From: Proteromonas lacertae
Lineage: Eukaryota
DNA: 56,566 nt
Direction: 5' to 3'
Assembly (NCBI GenBank): GCA_002245135.1
Contig: NGBS01000874.1
Location: 310,001-366,566, forward strand
Position 1 is the first letter of the stretch. Every line of letters begins with the position of its first letter. Shown here piece after piece: positions 49,949 to 56,566 of the stretch. The position numbers and the translations under genes were made by a program. The notes under the pieces are model-generated. The model was not told where the DNA came from. It saw only the letters and a list, made by a program, of their open reading frames with translations, and did no database searches.

Positions 49949-52900
49949 ATGAGTAATAAAAAATCAAAAAATAAGTTATCTAAAAAGATGACAAATTTAT
50001 TAATGAAGAGAATATTAAAACGTATTAGACGTAGAGCAAAGGTGAAGAAGTTTAATAAACATGTTAAAACTAATAGTGAAGCAGAACTTATAAAGTATTA
50101 TATGAATAGTGTTGAAAGAAATAAAGCAAGAGAGGAAGCATTTAATGAATATAATCAAAAAGAATATATGCAAGGTGTAAATCAAAAAAGAATTAATAAT
50201 ATGGATGAAGCAATGGAACATATTATCAATAATATTGAAAGATATAGAAATCCTGATTCAGATAGGCTAAAGAAAAATTTTGAAATGTATCAAGATGCAA
50301 TTAGACATGGAAAAGCAAGTGCTACAGATGCAGATAAATATTTAGGACCTATTGAACAATCAGTTATGATAGGTGATGAAATTTATCATCATGATCCTAA
50401 CTTTGTTTATACTAGAAATGCACATCATAAACCAGGTGATGATGTTTATAGAAGAGGTCCTCCAAAAAGAGCTTCGATATATTGACCTGATGATGGTGAT
50501 GATGGAGATAATGGAGGTGATGGAGGAAATCATAGAGTTAGAAATCCATTACCAGGACCAAATATACATGGTCCACCACAAGTACCAAATGATGGAAATA
50601 TTCACATAGTTCAAGACGGTGGAGGTGATAATGGTGGTATAGTAGTGAACCCACCACCTAGAGTTCCACCTCCTAGAGGTGGTATAGTAGTGAACCCACC
50701 AGTATATAGACATCCTCCACATAGAGTAGTAATAGTTAACCCTCCACCTAGAGTTCCACCTCCTAATGTAGTAAACCCACCACCACCTAGTGGTGATGGT
50801 GGTGTTAGAATAGTTAACCCCCCGCCACCTATAGATGTACCATCTAGAGTACCTGTAGTGAATCGAATTCCTTTAGAACATAATCCATCATCACCAGTGT
50901 ATGAACCAGCAAGAATAGTTAATCCACCAGGTATATCTGGAGGATTATCTATTCCAGAAAATAATGTTCCATTAATAGTTCCATCAAGAGATAGAAATTC
51001 AACAGATAATATACCTTTACCTAACAGTAAACCATCATCACCTATTTATGAAAGAGAAAGAGAAAGAAGTGCATCACCAATACCAATTAATGATAATGAT
51101 GATGGTGAGACAAGATATAATTTTAGACGTGAAAGAAATAGACCTAAAAGATATGAAGATGAATTTGTTGCTTATGATGGAACTACATATATTCATGAAC
51201 CATCAAATCGAGTATTAGAAAGTACTAGTCCTCAAATTTATGTAAATAAACCTCACAAGAAAAGAATATTATCTAAAATTACACCACATGAAAATATAAA
51301 TCAATATAATAGAAGATTATTAACTCAAAATAATTATGATGATATAGTAATTGAAGAACCACCTCCACCACTACCACCATTAGTAACAGATAATAGTACA
51401 TCACCAATACCAGTTAATGATAATGATGATGGTGAGACAAGATATAATTTTAGACGTGAAAGAAATAGACCTAAAAGATATGAAGATGAATTTGTTGCTT
51501 ATGATGGAACTACATATATTCATGAACCATCAAATCGAGTATTAGAAAGTACTAGTCCTCAAATTTATGTAAATAAACCTCACAAGAAAAGAATATTATC
51601 TAAAATTACACCACATGAAAATATAAATCAATATAATAGAAGATTATTAACTCAAAATAATTATGATGATGTAGTGATTGAAGAACCGCCTCCACCACCA
51701 GTAATAGATAATAGTACATCACCTATTACAACAAAATTAAGAACAGTTAATGATACATCTAATATAAATTCATATGTAAGATCACCTAGGCATTTAAGAA
51801 TTATAATGCCTTCTAGTAATGATATGCAATCATTAATAGTATCAATAAATGATAGAGCACAAAGATCATTGGTTAATAATGGAACAAGTAATTTATTATA
51901 TGATAATAATAATAATTTATCAATTCTTAACGATTCTACTGATTTTATAAATTCTAATAACCGTCATCTTAATATAAATATGGGAAATAATATAGATATT
52001 GATCCGCTACCTCAAAGTAATGATAATGAAGAACATCAAAGAGAGATAGAAAATAGATTAAATGCTGAGATACAAGAGAGAGAAAGAATAGAACAAACTT
52101 GTAAAGAATATTTAGCAGAAAGAGATAAAATTAGAAATACAATGGCTGATTATCAGAATCGAATATACAATATGACAGCAATAAATAATAATTTATTAAA
52201 TAAAATATCTTCTCTTGAACAAGAAACTGAATTACAAAATAAATATAATGCTTTAGCTGCTCATTATGAACATGTAAATAATCAATTAAATGAACTACAA
52301 AATAGATTAAATGTACCACATGTTAATAGTAGCACAAATACTATACCAGTTAGTGAAAATGATGAATCAACTAGTCCTATTCCATTAGATATAAATGATC
52401 AATCAACTAGTCCTATATCTATTTCATTAAATACTCAAGATGCATCAACGAATACAGATAAAAATTTAGGAAAAAGAATATCTGTTAAATCAAAACGATT
52501 AAATAATGATGATTATATAGTTGATTGGAATAGTACAGGAAAATATAAAGATAAAAAAGGTGAAATAAAACTTATAATGAAAGATTCAAAATCAGATAAA
52601 AGAAGAAATGTTTTACACAATAGAAGAAAAAATAAAAGATTAGATACAGTATCAACTAAATCAACGACAACACCTATTCAACAACCTCCGCCACCAACAC
52701 CAGTACCTATTCAACAACCACCACCACCAACACCAACACCGGCACCTATTCAACAACCATCACCACCAACAACAACACCAACACCACAAACACAAGTACA
52801 AGTTCCACCATTAAATTTATCTAAAGTAGAAGAGTCAACTTCACCAATACAAAAAGCTAATACTTCTCAAGTACCTTCAATTAACATAAATGAAAAAGCT

Positions 52901-53764
52901 AAACAAATGCTTAATAATTTCTTTCATGGTGCATCTAAAGCAACTGAAGTTATAAAAAATATGAGTCAAGGAACAGTTAATACTATATCAGATATATTTC
53001 ATACAATAAAAAATGTTACGGAAACAGAAAAAAATGAATCAGAAATAAAGAAGAAACAAAAAGAATTGGAATTATTACAAGAAAAACGTGTAAGAGAAAA
53101 ACGTGCAAGAGATGAAAGAGCAGCAAAAAGAGAAAGATTAAAAGAAATAAGATTAAGAGCAATTGAAGAGGCTGAAAAATCAGAGAGGAGAAGAAAAGTA
53201 GCACAAATAAATGAACCACCTCCACCATTACCAGGAAGAGTATTAAGAAATAAAGATGAAAGACGTAAAAATTCGAAATATTATAATAATGATAATTTAG
53301 TTGATGCAAGTGGAAATGGAACATATAAAGATATTAATGGTAATGAAGTTACAATTACAATTGGTAAAAAAGTAAATAAACCTGTTAAGAATAAAAGAAG
53401 AAAGATAAATATTACATTAAATAATGATAATAATAATAATCAACAAAATGAAGTACCAATTACAAATAATAATAATGAAGTACCAGTTGCTGTAACTGAT
53501 AATGAAAAAGAAAAAGATTATGATGATGATCCAGATTCAATTATGGCTGTAGGCTATAATACATTTTATCGTCCTATTAGAGAAGATGCTGATATAAATA
53601 GACCACTTACATCAAATGCAATTCACTTTAGAGATAATCGAGATAGAATTGATTACTTCCAAATGATTCAAAGTAATGGTATAGATCCTGCTAGAGCACG
53701 TTTAAGTGATGCTGATTTAAATAGATATTATGAATGGCTTAATAGGTCACATAATAAAAAATAA
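49949..53764 (+). CDS. Very large Pro-rich/coiled-coil viral protein (~1270 codons) interrupted by one in-frame TGA
   Basis: ORF 49949-50485 ends TGA at 50483-50485. The same frame continues (CCT GAT GAT GGT..) without another stop into ORF 50645-53764. Confidence 0.65.
51074..51720 (+). repeat. Near-identical tandem duplication, period 327 nt, inside the large viral ORF
   Basis: TCACCAATACCA..GAAGAACC starts at 51074 and again at 51401. The translation duplicates SPIP.NDNDDGETRYNFRRERNRPKRYEDEF..VIEEPPPP. Confidence 0.95.
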
Positions 53765-53826
53765 TTGATATATTTATATTTTTTATTTAGACATATATAT
53801 GATGTTTTATATATAAATAACATAGA

Positions 53827-54990
53827 ATGAATGATTTACAACATAAAATTTATGAATTATATAAAGACTTTGGTTATTTAAATAAGAATGATTTCATAAA
53901 TTTTAGTGTTGATGAATTATCATCAAAGTATTCAAAACCTGATATAACAAAAACTGCTAAAGAGTTAGTTGAATCAAAACCAGATTACCAAGTAGCAGTT
54001 AAAAAAAAGAATAAATATTAAATATGAAATAGAAAAGATACCAGGTTCATATCAAATGGATATTATATTTTTTAATAATACAAAATTACCTTTTTTATTT
54101 ATAATTGAAGTAGTTAGTAGAAAAGTGTGGATATATTATGTTAAAAGTAAAACTGAATCAAGCGTATTTCCAGTTTTTGAATCATGGTTTTATCAAGGTC
54201 TTAAACATGTTAATGAAAATGCTAGATTTGTAGGTTCTATTTGATGGATCAAGAATCTGGTGTAATATATGGTAATAAGTTTTTGCAGCTATTTAATAAA
54301 AATAATATTAGATTTATAATGAAAGATACTGATGAACATAATATAATGAAAATATTAGATAGCGCAGTAAGAACTATTAAAAATATGTTTTATAGATACT
54401 TGAATACTTTTGATGATAAAGAATTTGAAAAGTTAAATAATCTTAATGGTCTAATTGAAATAGTTAACACTGTAGTATTATATTATAATTCAAAACCACA
54501 TAGCTCACTTAATAATTATACACCAAATGAAGTACATGATGATTTTGAATTACAAGATTTGTTTTATAAAGAATCAAGACAAAGAAATAAAGAACGAAGA
54601 TTAAAAGATACTAAATTGATAGAAATGAATATGTTAGAGTTAAAGAGAGAAGAAGAAATAAGTTAGATAAAAGTAGATATTTTAATGATAAAGTTTATAT
54701 GATTGATAAAAGAACACCTTTTTCTTACTCATTAAAGAATATAGATGGATCAATTCCTTCTGAATTTAATCCTAAAAACCTTGGTTTATTTAAATTTAAA
54801 CCATATGAATTAAGAAAAATTAAAAATGCTATTAAAACAAAGGGTAGATTTAGGTTAAGTGCAATAAAAAAGCATAAATTCAAACAAAAATGATAGTGAT
54901 AAAAATGATAAAGTAACATATATTGCACCTAAAAATATAAGAAAGAGTTCTTTTGGTAGAACTATAAGACCTAATTCAAAATATACATAA
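53827..54990 (+). CDS. Retroviral-type (rve) integrase of the Polinton/virophage type, split by about four frameshifts
   Basis: Reconstructed order: PGSYQMDIIF..LFIIEVVSRKVW..KSK / MDQESG..F / ILDSAVRTIKN..YNSKPHSSL..TP / YVRV..YSLKN..FKPYELRK / SFGRTIRPNSKYT*. Confidence 0.85.
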
Positions 54991-55149
54991 AATAAAAAAT
55001 TAAACTAACTATATTATTTAATATTTTGATTTTATTAAAATAAGCTTGAAATCATCAAACATTTCATTAAAAAACGGTTTCTTTCGATTTTGAAATCATT
55101 TTTTATTTTTCGACTTTCTCAACACCTTATTCAATATTTCTTTTTAAAA

Positions 55150-56566
55150 ATGAGTGTACGTGTTAAACATACTTCACCTAGAGATAATGAAGATAATTCT
55201 TCATCAAAGACATTTAAAAGTTGTTAAGAAGAGTATATAAATACATCATTAAATATATATAGATGAAAAGAAGACTCAACAAAATGAAGAAGCATTAGCA
55301 CTACCTTCATCATCGAATTCTAATCAAAAAACAGGTATCTATATATATATTATATTATATTATATTATATATACATAGCTTTTGTGCATAGATTTAACAG
55401 AAAAAGCATTAACAGCTTAGATGTCAAAGAATGGATTAAAATTAGAAGTATTGCACAAAACATTATAAATTATTGTGATGATAAAATCAAATATATTCAT
55501 TATAATAACAGTCCAAGTTTATTATCCTTATCATCAGTAATTAGATATGCTAGTTCATTAAATTTATTCTTTGATGCAGTTGAAAAGAATCCTCAATACA
55601 TAAATGGTGAGGTACTAAAAGATATTGATGAAGTCTTATTAATTAGCCCATATTCTCTAGGTGACAATTTTACAACTGATAATAAGTTATTAGGTGGTGT
55701 GAAAAGAAAAGCTAATATTGATGATGATGATGAAGATGATGATGGATGTATTAAACGCAGTAAAAGATGTAGAAAACTAACACCTAAATCAAATATTGGT
55801 GGTGAAAGCATTAAAGTGCATAAAATAAATACTACTATCAAAAAGCCTTTAAAGTCTGAGAAGAATTTAGTTGATGATGCATTAAAAAATAAGGAGACTG
55901 ATTGGATTAATGATAATGATGTTTTTGAAGATTTTGATGATGATAATGAAGTTATCAAAATTAATGTATCAAAACCAAAGGTAAATATAAAAAAAATAAA
56001 ATTACACCAGTAGCTAAAGTTATTACTGATGAAACTAAAATTACACCACCAGCTAAAGTTATTATTAATAAAGATACATTAAAGGAAATGGAAGACAATA
56101 TTAACAATGATAAAGATTATTATTACAGCAAACATAATTGGGCTAATCCCAAAAAATTATACAACCAACACTTAAACCGATATTACCTAAAGTGAATTAT
56201 GAAATTGCTGAACCACCACCAATAGTTCATGAAAAACCAATTGTTAAAGAAATAGCACCATCATTACCACCTAAACCTTTAGTTAAGATTGCACCTAAAC
56301 CTTATGGTACAATCATTAAAGACAATACTCCACCAGTTAAAGTTACACCACAAGATCAGTATGATGTCTTTAAAAAGAAGGTTGAATATCAAAATGAATT
56401 AGAAAAACAAATTGCTTCATTGAAAAAGACATATGTGCAACAGTTAAGAGATGAAAACCCTAATCTCAAGTTTGATGATGATGCAATATTGTTGATGTTG
56501 ATATTGATAATGATATGATTTCAGTCCAGATGAAAGTATATTTGATGACTTTCTTAAATAAAAAAA
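55150..56566 (+). CDS. Intron-containing hypothetical gene (probably host), frameshifted, runs to the window end
   Basis: GT-AG introns at 55233-55262 (30 nt) and 55335-55378 (44 nt). The second joins the upstream exon in frame to ORF 55384-56013. A Pro/Lys-rich continuation follows in ORF 56192-56518. Confidence 0.5.

Larger units (their letters stand above)
38700..55000. mobile_element. Endogenous Polinton/Maverick-like DNA virus (PLV or virophage-related), boundaries approximate
   Basis: Intronless block carrying packaging ATPase, major capsid, penton, adenain-like protease and rve integrase, flanked by intron-containing genes. No TIR pair or TSD identified. Confidence 0.9.

Noticed and set aside
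38661..55059. TTTGATGAT (38661) and ATCATCAAA (55051) as a terminal inverted repeat
   Set aside because: Only 9 bp in very AT-rich DNA, the match does not extend, and no TSD is evident.

Overview
This is an AT-rich, very gene-dense eukaryotic window with tiny (~28-45 nt) GT-AG introns. The style resembles a Blastocystis-like stramenopile, but that assignment is inference. Positions 1-38.6 kb hold about 24 host genes: Tim17/22 family, three Myb-type proteins, MAT2B/RmlD-like, Pif1, NOB1, RPB6, EB1, a CCHC knuckle protein, RPAP1, frataxin, DENN, a bacterial-type NadD, three tenascin/EGF proteins and three pseudokinase-LRR proteins. From ~38.7 to ~55.0 kb the gene structure switches to an intronless ~16 kb block that reads as an endogenous Polinton/Maverick-like (PLV or virophage-related) DNA virus. 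It encodes an A32-type packaging ATPase, a double-jelly-roll major capsid protein, a penton, an adenain-like protease, an Arg-rich core-like protein, two tandem fibre-like paralogues, two very large low-complexity ORFs and an rve integrase. No polymerase or helicase is visible inside the block, and an intron-bearing gene resumes at 55150. Single-base frameshifts also break essential host genes, so many apparent lesions, including those in the virus, may be assembly errors. All calls come from motif recognition by eye, with no database searches.
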